Positions 28,142 through 38,648 of a stretch of DNA of 56,370 bases are shown here, piece after piece (the stretch's first letter is position 1; each line of letters opens with the position of its first letter). The position numbers and the translations under genes are program-made. A model generated the notes under the pieces. That model was not told the origin of the DNA. It did not search any database and worked only from the letters and a program-made list of their open reading frames with translations. Location of the stretch: positions 1 to 56,370 of IMG/VR virus record IMGVR_UViG_3300032247_001505. One strand, written 5' to 3'. This stretch comes from a virus. Its lineage: Duplodnaviria > Caudoviricetes.

Positions 28142-30307
28142 TTATGTAAATGTTGTAGCAGTGCCTACATATCCGACTTCTACATAGGTAAGATCTTGTA
28201 AGTAATTTTGATTATAGGCTACACCTAAAGAAACTACTTGTACTATATCTATTGGATTTCTAGTAATAGCTTTTACAGTTAGTACAATTTCAGTAAATGT
28301 AATTATGTCTAATTTACCAAGATTTACAGTTTTAACGTTTGTTTCTGCTGCACTAAAAGATTCTTGAATTAATTTAGAAACTTGTTTATAAGCAGCCTCA
28401 GCAGCATTAACTTGTTCAGTAGTGAAATTTTTTCCAACATACTTAGCAATATATTCGTTAGTATTACTATAATCAGTAATACTTCGTTTATAGTCTACTT
28501 GCCGGTTAAATGCATCACTAGTGTTTACTTGATCACTGGCAAATTTGCTAGATACTTTAGCAATAAATTCACTTATATTACTATAATCAATAACACTACG
28601 TTTATAATCTACTTGTCTAGCAAATATATCAGCAGCTATACTTTGATCACTAATATTAGGTTTTATTGTTAGCCTAGTACTATCTAAACTTGTAGTAATA
28701 TTGGCTAATACTTTATTAGTATTAACTTTTACAATATCTAAACTATTAAACTGATCTGTTAATTTTTTACTAGTAGTTATATATGGCGTATCTAGGGCTT
28801 TGGCATAAATAGTATTTAATAAACTAGTTATAAACTTATAGTTAGTTTCTGAAATATAGGCAAGATCTCCAGTTACTTTACCAAAAGTAACATACTCATC
28901 ATCATCTATATTTGCAGTACCTAAATAATCATCAGTGGCTCCTACTTGGTCATAAAATATTCTGCCATAATTAATTATTCTGCTTAAACTATCGCTTAAA
29001 ACTACATTATCACTAGCTAATTTACCTGTAGTTATAAAAATATAATCCTTAATATCACTATAATCATACAAGGACTTATACACATTGATATATCTAGTAT
29101 CAATAGCATTAGCTATGTCTAAAACTGTTCTATTATATTCAACAATTCTAGTAAGTGCATCTGCTAAATTAACCAATTCTAGTTTTAACAAATTATTAGT
29201 AATAGTTATATTATCACTACTAGTAAATTTATCTGCAAAAGCTCTAATGTAATTTACAGTTCTATCATACAAATCTCTGGCAAAGGCCTGAATTTGTAGT
29301 GTTTTCTTAGCTGTAAACTTTATGGCATCTGCAGTATTTGTATAATCTACTGGATAATATCTATAAGTTACCTGTCTGCTAAATATGTCTCGGGCAGTTG
29401 CAGCATCTGATTTTAAAATACCTGCTTTTAAGTATCTGCCATCGCCTACACCAAGTTCATCAGATTTTAATATATCTGCTAAAAAGTAGTTTAATTCTTG
29501 AACATTTGCTGAATCACTAAGTGCTTTGCCAAAAGTAGCGTATTGGTCATCATCTATATTTGCAAGACCTAGGTAGTCATCTGTAGCCCCAATAGTTTCT
29601 AAAAAGTCTCTGTTAAAGGAAACAAATATTCTAGAAATATCAGAAACTGTAACTGCGTCTTGTTTAGGTGTTAAAAATTGTTTGTAAATATTACTAACAA
29701 CATTTACACTATTATCTGGCAAAGGTTTACTAAGATTTTTAAAACTAGTTTCTAGAATATTAACTGCATCTAGTTTAAGTAAGCTAATGCGTTTATTTAA
29801 AAATTCACTTAAATTTACAGTTTCTTTAAACAATGGCTGTATGCTAAATACAGGTTCAGGATTAGTAATGGTAATAGTTTCTTGCTGTGATCTTCTATAG
29901 TTAACCGCTCTGCTAAAGTTATCAAGTACCTTAAAACTGTCTTGATAGTATCTATAAAAGGTAATTCTAAAACTTATTAACTCACTAATTAGCAGTGGAT
30001 TTCTAATTAACTGACCAACAGTTAAACTTGGTACAGCATTTTCATTTACACCACTTAAAGTTACTTGTAAGCCTGGTTTATCATCTATAACTGTAGCAGT
30101 ACTAATGGTTCCGGTTGTTTTTGGAACTATATAGTCTTTTTCTATAACTTCAGCTACAACACCAGATTGTGTACCAGTTGTAGTACCAGTGGTTCCAAGA
30201 TTTTTTGGAGCAACGTATTCTTTAGCAGTAGATCCAACAACAGCTTCTTGTTCAGTAACTACTCCTGTAATTTTATTTGCATTAATTATAACAGAAATAG
30301 TTGTCAT
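28142..30307 (-). CDS. repetitive structural protein (putative fibre shaft)
   Basis: Short quasi-periodic D.F.R.V.Y.R units and a duplicated GATDDYLG.ANIDDD.Y.TFGK motif. Confidence 0.6.
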   Translation of the reverse strand: MTTISVIINANKITGVVTEQEAVVGSTAKEYVAPKNLGTTGTTTGTQSGVVAEVIEKDYIVPKTTGTISTATVIDDKPGLQVTLSGVNENAVPSLTVGQLIRNPLLISELISFRITFYRYYQDSFKVLDNFSRAVNYRRSQQETITITNPEPVFSIQPLFKETVNLSEFLNKRISLLKLDAVNILETSFKNLSKPLPDNSVNVVSNIYKQFLTPKQDAVTVSDISRIFVSFNRDFLETIGATDDYLGLANIDDDQYATFGKALSDSANVQELNYFLADILKSDELGVGDGRYLKAGILKSDAATARDIFSRQVTYRYYPVDYTNTADAIKFTAKKTLQIQAFARDLYDRTVNYIRAFADKFTSSDNITITNNLLKLELVNLADALTRIVEYNRTVLDIANAIDTRYINVYKSLYDYSDIKDYIFITTGKLASDNVVLSDSLSRIINYGRIFYDQVGATDDYLGTANIDDDEYVTFGKVTGDLAYISETNYKFITSLLNTIYAKALDTPYITTSKKLTDQFNSLDIVKVNTNKVLANITTSLDSTRLTIKPNISDQSIAADIFARQVDYKRSVIDYSNISEFIAKVSSKFASDQVNTSDAFNRQVDYKRSITDYSNTNEYIAKYVGKNFTTEQVNAAEAAYKQVSKLIQESFSAAETNVKTVNLGKLDIITFTEIVLTVKAITRNPIDIVQVVSLGVAYNQNYLQDLTYVEVGYVGTATTFT

Positions 30308-30316
30308 AATAATCCT

Positions 30317-31012
30317 TTAAACGGGTGGATTAGTCTGATTTAATCTATCTGTGGCATCAGTAACTGCTGCTGTTGGACTGTATTGTAGTTGTACTAATCC
30401 GCGAACTGGTTTAAAAGATCTAGGAAATACACTGCCAGGTTCAGTTACACGCAACTCAAAAAATCCATAAACCGAGCTAGATACTGTTGGCTGCACTGAC
30501 CATGCTGTATAAGTTTTTACAGTCATAGGATTGTCCGACCCTGCAGTTCCACCTACACCCAACTCCTTAGGAAACTGTACATAAATTTTACTTAACACAG
30601 TTTCTTCCCATAAACTACTGCTTGATGGAGGTACAGAGTCTACTACACTTACTCCAGCAAGTAGCTTATAGTATTTAGAATTTCCTGCATACTGTACAAT
30701 TTCTTCTTTGCTATAGCTGTTTGTAGCTGTCCAGACGCCTACGTAAACAGGAATACGAACATATAATCTGGTTTGAACGCCACTAGTTTTAACTACTGTA
30801 GGTGCTGATAATTGTCCAGCAAGATTATCTGCCTCCACTACCACTGCTTCATAAATATAGTTAGCAGCAGCAGGAACTTTTAGGGTAGCATCGCTAATAA
30901 AGCTAAGGGTAACTGGAAACTCTAGCTGCTCTCCCATTACTAAGGATAGTAGGACTGCCCCTGGATCTGAGATTAAGTCTAGTGTGGGATCAATTAGTCT
31001 TGATCGTGCCAT
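30317..31012 (-). CDS. hypothetical structural protein with one carbohydrate-binding-like repeat
   Basis: YVGVWTATNSYSKEEIVQY...PPSSSSLW resembles the repeats in 23542-26862. Confidence 0.55.
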   Translation of the reverse strand: MARSRLIDPTLDLISDPGAVLLSLVMGEQLEFPVTLSFISDATLKVPAAANYIYEAVVVEADNLAGQLSAPTVVKTSGVQTRLYVRIPVYVGVWTATNSYSKEEIVQYAGNSKYYKLLAGVSVVDSVPPSSSSLWEETVLSKIYVQFPKELGVGGTAGSDNPMTVKTYTAWSVQPTVSSSVYGFFELRVTEPGSVFPRSFKPVRGLVQLQYSPTAAVTDATDRLNQTNPPV

Positions 31013-31356
31013 GTGGTCTCCTTATGCTTTGCCACAGAAAGTTCTTTTAGTTTTACAATTTCTTTAGTTAAACTACAAATTTCACTATTCAGTCTTTGAT
31101 TTTCTGTGGTTAAGTTTCTGATTTGTTGGTTTAGCTCAATTACTTCTTCTTGCAGCTTACCCAACTCTATGCTTAGTTTAGTATTTTGCTCACTCATGCG
31201 CTCTAGTTCTTGGTGCATTATAGTCAGCACTGAGTTTTCAGTATTGTCTTTTTTAAAACCAGTAAAAAATTTTTGAAGTAAAAATCCTACTACCAGTATA
31301 CTTGCAAAACCACCGCCTAATAATTGTACAACCGAATTGGTTTCTACTGGATCCAT
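30994..31356 (-). CDS. single-TM coiled-coil protein
   Basis: N-terminal hydrophobic helix followed by heptad repeats; first gene after the promoter. Confidence 0.65.
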   Translation of the reverse strand: MDPVETNSVVQLLGGGFASILVVGFLLQKFFTGFKKDNTENSVLTIMHQELERMSEQNTKLSIELGKLQEEVIELNQQIRNLTTENQRLNSEICSLTKEIVKLKELSVAKHKETTWHDQD

Positions 31357-31409
31357 AAAATAATCCTTAAAAATTTAGTTTTAAAACACTAATGTAGTAA
31401 TTTTATCAT

Positions 31410-31438
31410 ATTATATCATGCCGGCATGTTAGTGTCAA
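31410..31438 (-). promoter_or_regulatory. consensus sigma70 promoter for the second fibre operon
   Basis: Minus strand TTGACA-17 nt-TATAAT; spacer contains palindrome CATGCCGGCATG. Confidence 0.88.
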
Positions 31439-31443
31439 TATAA

Positions 31444-31476
31444 AAAAATATCCACCCCTTTTGGGTGGATATTTTT
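31444..31476 (-). terminator. intrinsic terminator
   Basis: AAAAATATCCACCC / GGGTGGATATTTTT inverted repeat right after the 272-aa gene. Confidence 0.88.
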
Positions 31477-31477
31477 A

Positions 31478-32296
31478 TTACCAGCTATTTAATTGCATAC
31501 TACTGCTATAGTAACCAGCAAATTGATACTGCAATGCATTAGTTTGATTTCTGCCATAGATACTATATGCCTGTGTTAGTTCAGGATTTGTGTTATCTGG
31601 AAATACACATACATAGATTAACCCCGTTGTACCCCAACTACGCATAATTCGCATAAAAGTAGCACGATCTGCTTCTACTAAATACTGCAGTTGAAAATTC
31701 ATAGTATCTATAATAGGCTTGCGATCTACATAGGTATTACCACTGCGTGTAGTAGTAATTTCACTTTGATCTGTAAAGCCTAGTTCAATACCTCTGTCTA
31801 CTTGACGTGTAGGTTCCCAATATTGACCACAAACAATTCTACTACAATCAATTTGACTAACACTAGTACTAGTTAGTGTAATTTCCATAATTCTTATATT
31901 AGCATATGTACTAGTAAACCATATGCTAGTTTTAGTAGCACCACCAAAACTAAATTGGGTATAGTCTGTGGTAGTTGCTCCACCTTGTAACAGTACATTT
32001 CTATTTAAACACGCCGTATTATAACCAGTAGAAGTTACTAATACTGCACTAGAATCATATAAATTAATTGCAATAGTGTCACTACCAGTTAAATTAGTGG
32101 CTGGTAGTGCTACACCATTAATAGTTTGATTACTGGCCCACTGTAAACGATAAGTTACTGTATTACCAGTACTACGATGCACACTGGTTTTTTGCGCGTT
32201 TTGCATATTGCTGGCGGCGAATCCACTTGCAGTAGTACTAGCAGTAATTGTTGCCAAATCCGCAACATTGTTGTAGAGTATTCGTAGATTTGCCAT
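31478..32296 (-). CDS. tail tip protein (distal-tail-like)
   Basis: Galectin-like N-terminal part, RIVCGQYWEP, DQSEITTTRSG; position in the tail tip module. Confidence 0.5.
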   Translation of the reverse strand: MANLRILYNNVADLATITASTTASGFAASNMQNAQKTSVHRSTGNTVTYRLQWASNQTINGVALPATNLTGSDTIAINLYDSSAVLVTSTGYNTACLNRNVLLQGGATTTDYTQFSFGGATKTSIWFTSTYANIRIMEITLTSTSVSQIDCSRIVCGQYWEPTRQVDRGIELGFTDQSEITTTRSGNTYVDRKPIIDTMNFQLQYLVEADRATFMRIMRSWGTTGLIYVCVFPDNTNPELTQAYSIYGRNQTNALQYQFAGYYSSSMQLNSW

Positions 32297-32305
32297 CAGT
32301 ATTCC

Positions 32306-32671
32306 TTAAGTTAAACCTTGATAGTTTGGATTGCTTGGTTGAATTATAGGCGCAATAGCTGCAATATCACGCTGTTGTGCTGCTGCTAAGTACAGCGAAT
32401 AAAGTGCTTGATATACTTTGCTTTGTAAAATTGTTTCGCCTGTTGGTTCGCCCGTTTTAGGGTCTAGTAATTCAATAGATTTATCAGCTGAATAATATAC
32501 AGGAACATATCCTACTTCAGATCTAATAGTTGTACCATCAACTTGAGCTATAATTTCTTCAAAAAATGAAATTTGTTTTGGTATTTCCGGCTCAAGCGGA
32601 TTTAAAATCATTACACGATTAGCTCTAGTCCAACTAGTACCAGAACCAGTTACTTCTTTATAATTTGCCAT
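32306..32671 (-). CDS. hypothetical tail-associated protein
   Basis: 121-aa ORF with RBS, in the tail module. Confidence 0.6.
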   Translation of the reverse strand: MANYKEVTGSGTSWTRANRVMILNPLEPEIPKQISFFEEIIAQVDGTTIRSEVGYVPVYYSADKSIELLDPKTGEPTGETILQSKVYQALYSLYLAAAQQRDIAAIAPIIQPSNPNYQGLT

Positions 32672-32689
32672 TTAAAAATCCTTGTTAAA

Positions 32690-34666
32690 TTAAGTAGCAC
32701 TCCAAGTCCAACCACCCCCTACTCCATCATCATTACCACTAATACTACCATCTTTTGAGTATATTACTTGTATACTATGTGATCCTGCTGCAACATATCT
32801 TTTTCCTAATGCTAGACTGTTTACACCAGTTGCTCTACCTACTTCTACTCCGTCAAAATACATAACTCCAGCATCATAAGTTGCCTCAGTACTAGTATTT
32901 AAATAAAGCGTAATATATCCACCCATATTTGTTGTATAGTATACTGCTCCATAATAACTTATACTATTAGCACCACGACCATAAATAATTATATTATCAC
33001 TATTAACATATACATTTGGACCATATCCACTAGGAAACTGAACACTTCCAGTGTATGTAGCTGTAAAAACAGGTGCTGCATTAAAAGTCCAGTATACTGT
33101 AGTACTTGCAGTATTACTAGTACTAGAATATGCAGTTAATGTCATACTATATGATCCGGTAGGTAATACACCACTACCTCCAAATGTAGTACTACTGTTA
33201 ACATTATATGTATTATATGATTGGCCTGAACCGCCAGGATATGTAATATTTATATTAACATAACTAGTATTTGTAGTATTCCAACTAATAGTTATAACAT
33301 CAGTATTATAACCACTAGTTGGTGAAGCACTAGCACTAATAGTAGGTATTATTTCAAGTGTTCTAACAGTAAAATTTGTACTGGCTGATGCGGATTGTCC
33401 AGTAACAGAGTATACATATACATTTACAGTATATAAACCTACGTCAGTAAAGGAATATGGCCCAAAATATCTGGAATTAGCAGCCATATTTGTAAATTGA
33501 TAGTATCCGCCTGTTGGAAAAAATATTTGCAATATAGTGCTGCTAGTGACAGCATTAGTAGGATTCCAACTAACTGTAATAGCGCTATCAGGATATGCAT
33601 TAGTGGGTGAGGCAGTAAGTCCGCTAATACTAGGATATACAATAGCAACACTTGTATCATTGATTGTAACAGTAGTACTAGCCAAACCATTATCTAAGCT
33701 AATAGTAAAATATTCTGTGCCTTCTGTAAGTTGATCTTCAGTTACAGAATAACTTAAAACTGAACCATTAGTTACATATCCTGTTAATCCGGCACCACTA
33801 ATGTCATTACTAGATACTCCACTAATTGTATAACTATAGTAACCAGCTTGATTTGTTGAAAAGGTAATACTAAAACTACCACCTTCATTAACACTAGCTA
33901 CAGAACGTGTAAATGTATAACTGGGTTGAGCTGCAACACTAATAGGAATACTTCTTGATATAGTGCCTCCATTTGTACCATAGGCAACTATTTCACCAAA
34001 CATTGTTCCAGAACTAGAGGTAAGATATTGACTAGTATTAGAATTTAAATTAGTACTACTTCCGGCTGTTGTACCACCATTTGGATATGAAATTATAAAA
34101 TCTATTCTACTAGCATAAGAAACCGACCAATAAAGTGCAAAATAAGTAACTCCGGCTGTTATACTACTAGGACTAAAATATAAGTCATTAATAACTGCAG
34201 GTTGCAGTACTGTATAATATATTGTTGTACTTATTAATAGAGTATTAGCACTATTATATCCACGCAATGTTACACTACCAGTACCTATTCCTGTAGATTG
34301 AGTAATACTAACCGTTGAACTACTACTTATTCCTAAGTTACTAAGTGTACTGCTAGTACCATTAGGGTATGTAATAATAAGATTAACATACCCATTGCTA
34401 GGTAAATTAGTAGTCCAACTAATAACGGAACTAAAAGATATGCCACTAGTAACACTCATTGTTGCACTGCTAAACGCATAAACAATTTTAGTTTTATTAT
34501 AAAAATCGTTTAAACTAATTTGGCCACTAGTAGGCACACCACTAACTGTTGCAGGCACATAACTTCCACCGGCATAGTACTCTGCAATTTCAATAGGATT
34601 TGAACCACCAAACTCTGTTTGAACGTCATCTAGACTAATTGGATTAGGTGAAACAGGTGTAGTCAC
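32690..34666 (-). CDS. fibre-tip adhesin with Ig-like Ser/Thr-rich domains
   Basis: N-terminal PISLDDVQTEFGGSNPI...ISLNDFY motif, typical of genes following S74-chaperone fibres; repeated Ig-like beta segments. Confidence 0.65.
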   Translation of the reverse strand: MTTPVSPNPISLDDVQTEFGGSNPIEIAEYYAGGSYVPATVSGVPTSGQISLNDFYNKTKIVYAFSSATMSVTSGISFSSVISWTTNLPSNGYVNLIITYPNGTSSTLSNLGISSSSTVSITQSTGIGTGSVTLRGYNSANTLLISTTIYYTVLQPAVINDLYFSPSSITAGVTYFALYWSVSYASRIDFIISYPNGGTTAGSSTNLNSNTSQYLTSSSGTMFGEIVAYGTNGGTISRSIPISVAAQPSYTFTRSVASVNEGGSFSITFSTNQAGYYSYTISGVSSNDISGAGLTGYVTNGSVLSYSVTEDQLTEGTEYFTISLDNGLASTTVTINDTSVAIVYPSISGLTASPTNAYPDSAITVSWNPTNAVTSSTILQIFFPTGGYYQFTNMAANSRYFGPYSFTDVGLYTVNVYVYSVTGQSASASTNFTVRTLEIIPTISASASPTSGYNTDVITISWNTTNTSYVNINITYPGGSGQSYNTYNVNSSTTFGGSGVLPTGSYSMTLTAYSSTSNTASTTVYWTFNAAPVFTATYTGSVQFPSGYGPNVYVNSDNIIIYGRGANSISYYGAVYYTTNMGGYITLYLNTSTEATYDAGVMYFDGVEVGRATGVNSLALGKRYVAAGSHSIQVIYSKDGSISGNDDGVGGGWTWSAT

Positions 34667-37059
34667 TTAGTTCTCCTGTCCAGCTCTTTAATGGCCTCAA
34701 TAATAAGTGGAATTAATCGCTCGTAGTCTACAGTTAAATATTTATCGTCAACGGGCGCTTTATGAATAATTTCAGGCAATATTTTTTGTACTTGTTGTGC
34801 ACTTACACCAATTTCACGACGTTTTTGATAGCCTAGTTGTTGTGCTAACTCATTAGGCTCGTAGTAAAATCCAGATAATGTATTTAGCTTTTCTAGTGCG
34901 TTTGGTATTAAGCCTAGGTTAGTTTTTAGTCTGTCATCAGAAAAATAGGCAATAATATTACCAGTTGCTACAATTGTACCAATTGCACTAAGTGCTGCAG
35001 TATTAGGATTTGTATGTTGACATTGAATTGCTGCTCCGCTTCCACTATTAACAGCAGTAATAGCAGTACAATTTCCAGTATATGTATTAACTACTCTTAA
35101 TCCTTGGTTGTAATACATACCACTAATACTTATTCCATAATTACTATATATATCGGATCCACCTCTAGTTGAATCCGGCAAAGTAGTAATACGTATACCA
35201 GAATTAGTAAATCCGCCATCTAAATAAATACTATCTGTTTTACCCCCTTGAATATATACTATATTGCTACCTGAGCCAGCACTTGCTTGAAATTTAGCCG
35301 CTCCGCCATATTTAGAATAAAAATATGCTGCATAAGTACCTGGAGTATCTGATAAATCTTCACTTACAAAATCTGGACCAGATGTAGCTGGTGCTGAAGC
35401 AGTCCTTCTGTGAAGCATACCAATAGTCCAGACTCCGCCTAATCCATCAATATAAGTAGAGTCGCCAATAATATTTGTAAAATATGAAGTACTAGTACTA
35501 AAAGTTCCTGATGTAATTTTACTTGCTGTTATTGTGCCTTCTACAATAAGAGAACCAGTAATATAAGTAGTCTGTTGTGCCCAAATAGATCCAGTCCATT
35601 GAACTGCTCTTGAATTGCTACCATTAGTAATAGTAACAATATCCCCTGCTACTTTTGCTCTTTTTACAACCGCTTGAACTTCGTCATCAGTAGGGTCAGC
35701 GCTTATACTATTGCTGCCATAATAAGTATTTGGGCGTGTTATTACATAAGTACCACTACCATTAGCACCAGTAGCACCAGTACCACCCGTACTTCCGTCA
35801 GTACCTGTAATACTTATAGCACGAATAGAAGCATTAAACCAATCTAAAGTACTTTGAGTAGTTGTACCTGTTACTGTAAGCGGAATTGTAATTGAGTATA
35901 ATGTATAGCCTTTTCCTGGAGTTGTAGGTATTTGAGTATACCAAGTTCCACTGCTACTACTAGTTGAACTATATGCTCCTGTACTCCAAGTATATGTTCC
36001 AGCAGTAGGATTAGTAGGAGTTGATCCAGTAGGTAGCCATTGATATATACTAGGAAATGCGCTCATCATTCCGGCTTGACCAGTTTGACCTACTACACCC
36101 TGTTCTACAATTGCCATTGTTTTTGTAGTAGTTATGCTTGATGTATTAGTACCTGTAACAGTTAAACTAACAGTTACATAGTTTTGGGCACCACTAGGCG
36201 TAACAGTAATTGAACTTCCTGAGCCTGTTGCAGGTGTGCCATAAGTTACTGACCAACTATAGCTAGGACTAGTAATATTTTGTGCACTTGCTGTTAGTGT
36301 AACACTGCTAGGACTTATTACTCCGGCAGAATTCTTATAAAAAGTGGTTAGACCAGATATATCTATTGTTGCAGCTGGAGAGCCTGCCCTAGTTTTAGTT
36401 ACAGTATATATAGTAGTATAATTTATAGAATTTTTAGTAGCAGTTAGTGTAAAATTTTCAGTATTAGTACTCCAACTACCCGTACTAGTATTACTAACAG
36501 TAAGTTGACCTGTTGTAGTATTTACAGCAACTGTTAAACCATTTTGTGTAGTAGTTGCAGGTCCATAGGTTACACCATCAGTAATTACTGAAGCACCGCT
36601 ATATAATCTTAAATAATTTGCAGAACTAGGTAAAGTATATCCAGTACCAACGTAATCACTAGTTGCTATATCTAGCTTTCTATCAGTACTAGCACTTATT
36701 TGATCATATATTTTACTAATAGTCAGAGTATCTTCATACACTAATCCCAAATAATTAACTGTGGCAGTTATACTGGCAACATCGCCCTGTATATTATTTG
36801 GTAAAATTTGTAATTTGCCATTACTAAATGTAGGAGTAGTAATAAAACCACTATAAGTATAGGTAATTGTTTCGCCAGATAATAAACCAGCTAAAATTGC
36901 ATTTACTAAAATACTGGTTGGTTGAACACTAACATTATTACTGCCATACTTAAACTGTTGACTGGTTGAATTTAATAATACATAATTACTACCATTTTGT
37001 ATTACTCTAGGACTAGTTGCCTGTAGCCTTAAATCTCTGTCATTAATTGCTGTTACCAT
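34663..37059 (-). CDS. tail fibre with C-terminal intramolecular chaperone (peptidase S74-like)
   Basis: YFSDDRLK...YERLIPLIIEAIKEL; short collagen-like G-X-Y stretches. Confidence 0.85.
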   Translation of the reverse strand: MVTAINDRDLRLQATSPRVIQNGSNYVLLNSTSQQFKYGSNNVSVQPTSILVNAILAGLLSGETITYTYSGFITTPTFSNGKLQILPNNIQGDVASITATVNYLGLVYEDTLTISKIYDQISASTDRKLDIATSDYVGTGYTLPSSANYLRLYSGASVITDGVTYGPATTTQNGLTVAVNTTTGQLTVSNTSTGSWSTNTENFTLTATKNSINYTTIYTVTKTRAGSPAATIDISGLTTFYKNSAGVISPSSVTLTASAQNITSPSYSWSVTYGTPATGSGSSITVTPSGAQNYVTVSLTVTGTNTSSITTTKTMAIVEQGVVGQTGQAGMMSAFPSIYQWLPTGSTPTNPTAGTYTWSTGAYSSTSSSSGTWYTQIPTTPGKGYTLYSITIPLTVTGTTTQSTLDWFNASIRAISITGTDGSTGGTGATGANGSGTYVITRPNTYYGSNSISADPTDDEVQAVVKRAKVAGDIVTITNGSNSRAVQWTGSIWAQQTTYITGSLIVEGTITASKITSGTFSTSTSYFTNIIGDSTYIDGLGGVWTIGMLHRRTASAPATSGPDFVSEDLSDTPGTYAAYFYSKYGGAAKFQASAGSGSNIVYIQGGKTDSIYLDGGFTNSGIRITTLPDSTRGGSDIYSNYGISISGMYYNQGLRVVNTYTGNCTAITAVNSGSGAAIQCQHTNPNTAALSAIGTIVATGNIIAYFSDDRLKTNLGLIPNALEKLNTLSGFYYEPNELAQQLGYQKRREIGVSAQQVQKILPEIIHKAPVDDKYLTVDYERLIPLIIEAIKELDRRTK

Positions 37060-37060
37060 T

Positions 37061-38596
37061 TTACACTAAAACTCCTATATCAACCATGCCAGTAATCCAG
37101 TTTCTACTTATGCTATAAACTAAAGCTAATTTTCCAGCACTTAAATTAAATCTATTAGATTTAATTGTTACTATATCACCTAGTTGTACAAATATAAGTT
37201 CAGGTAAATAAGTAGCAGTTATTAAAAATCTTTGTGTTGACCAAAGACCTAGTCTTTTATCTGATTCACTATCCGCATTTATTTCTTTTAATAACAAAGT
37301 AGTTTCAATAGAAACTTTACCAGTATCTTTATATATTTTTGTACTAACTGGATCTATAGTATATACTGGTAAGTACTCTGTATCAAATCTATTATCAGGA
37401 TTAACTCCTGCAGCAAGTGTTTTTTGTATAGTATAATTTTTACAATAACCTAGTTTAATACTTGGTTTTATAGGAAATAGTTCTGCAATATTTAAACTGC
37501 CTAAAACCATATTATCATCACTAAGGGTATATTTAGGAGTACCACTAGGTACCTTTAATTCTACTAATTTTAACTTGCTGCTAGTAATTGTTTCACCATC
37601 ACTAGCTACGTTTATACTAGGACATACAAGATTGGCACTAACACTTTTAGCTAAATCATTGCAAACTTGCATAGTATTTAGTGCCTCCTTGCAGTAAATA
37701 CCTACAGGAGCTGTATTAGTAAAATCAGTAAAATCAATTTCACTGTCTGTAAATCTATTTTCACTATTGCCGTAATTTTTAACAATTTTAGTAATAATGC
37801 CAGGTATAGTATTACTATAACCAGCAGTTGAATTTCCTTGAACACTACAAGTTATAGTACCAAAAGGATTTTTAACTAGTGTAAATAAACCTTTTTGAAG
37901 ATTGCTAGTGCTATCAACAATTTGAACAGGTACTCCATTATCTCGCACTTCAATTATACCTTGAATAGGACCATCATTAACCATATAAATGTATCCTGTT
38001 TTAGGAGTTGGCGTTGAGCCATTGTCTACAAACAGTGGAGTAATATTAGAACATTCGCCAAAAAGTAGTGGCAATAACGAATCATTAGCTATGCCACCTT
38101 TTACTTTTTCAGTATAAGTATCCGCACTATCATATAATGTTTTTTCTGTTAGTGAGTCATTTAGTCGTTGTAGTTTATCATAGAGTATTAAAGTTAATAA
38201 ATTTTCACTATTAGCAGATAACTGACTTACTAAACCATCAAAAATTAATATAAAATCACTTTTAGGCCAACTGGGATCGCCCAAGTAAATTTTTACTGGG
38301 CGACGATTCCAGATATAGGTAAGAAATGTATCATTAACACCATATGTATTTACTAATTCTAGGCTTCCAAAATTTGTACTTATACTACCATCTGCAGATA
38401 GTGATTCATTAAAATTTAATCCGCCACTAATACAGGCATTATATAACGTACCAGCAGTTGCATCAGTATATGCAACTGATGAAAGATTTACATCAGTTGC
38501 AATACCGTTAACTAATACGCCAGTAATATCTACTAAAGTACACTTAATATGGCTTGGAGTTTTAAACCAAGCTATCATTTGACTTACTGTTTTCAT
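37061..38596 (-). CDS. tail tip / baseplate hub-like protein
   Basis: Immediately after the tape measure; LPLLFGECSNITP, VRDNG, VQLGDIVTI. Confidence 0.6.
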   Translation of the reverse strand: MKTVSQMIAWFKTPSHIKCTLVDITGVLVNGIATDVNLSSVAYTDATAGTLYNACISGGLNFNESLSADGSISTNFGSLELVNTYGVNDTFLTYIWNRRPVKIYLGDPSWPKSDFILIFDGLVSQLSANSENLLTLILYDKLQRLNDSLTEKTLYDSADTYTEKVKGGIANDSLLPLLFGECSNITPLFVDNGSTPTPKTGYIYMVNDGPIQGIIEVRDNGVPVQIVDSTSNLQKGLFTLVKNPFGTITCSVQGNSTAGYSNTIPGIITKIVKNYGNSENRFTDSEIDFTDFTNTAPVGIYCKEALNTMQVCNDLAKSVSANLVCPSINVASDGETITSSKLKLVELKVPSGTPKYTLSDDNMVLGSLNIAELFPIKPSIKLGYCKNYTIQKTLAAGVNPDNRFDTEYLPVYTIDPVSTKIYKDTGKVSIETTLLLKEINADSESDKRLGLWSTQRFLITATYLPELIFVQLGDIVTIKSNRFNLSAGKLALVYSISRNWITGMVDIGVLV

Positions 38597-38648
38597 AGTT
38601 TTCTCATAGTATTTATATTACTAGGGTTTAGTTATTTATATAGAATTA

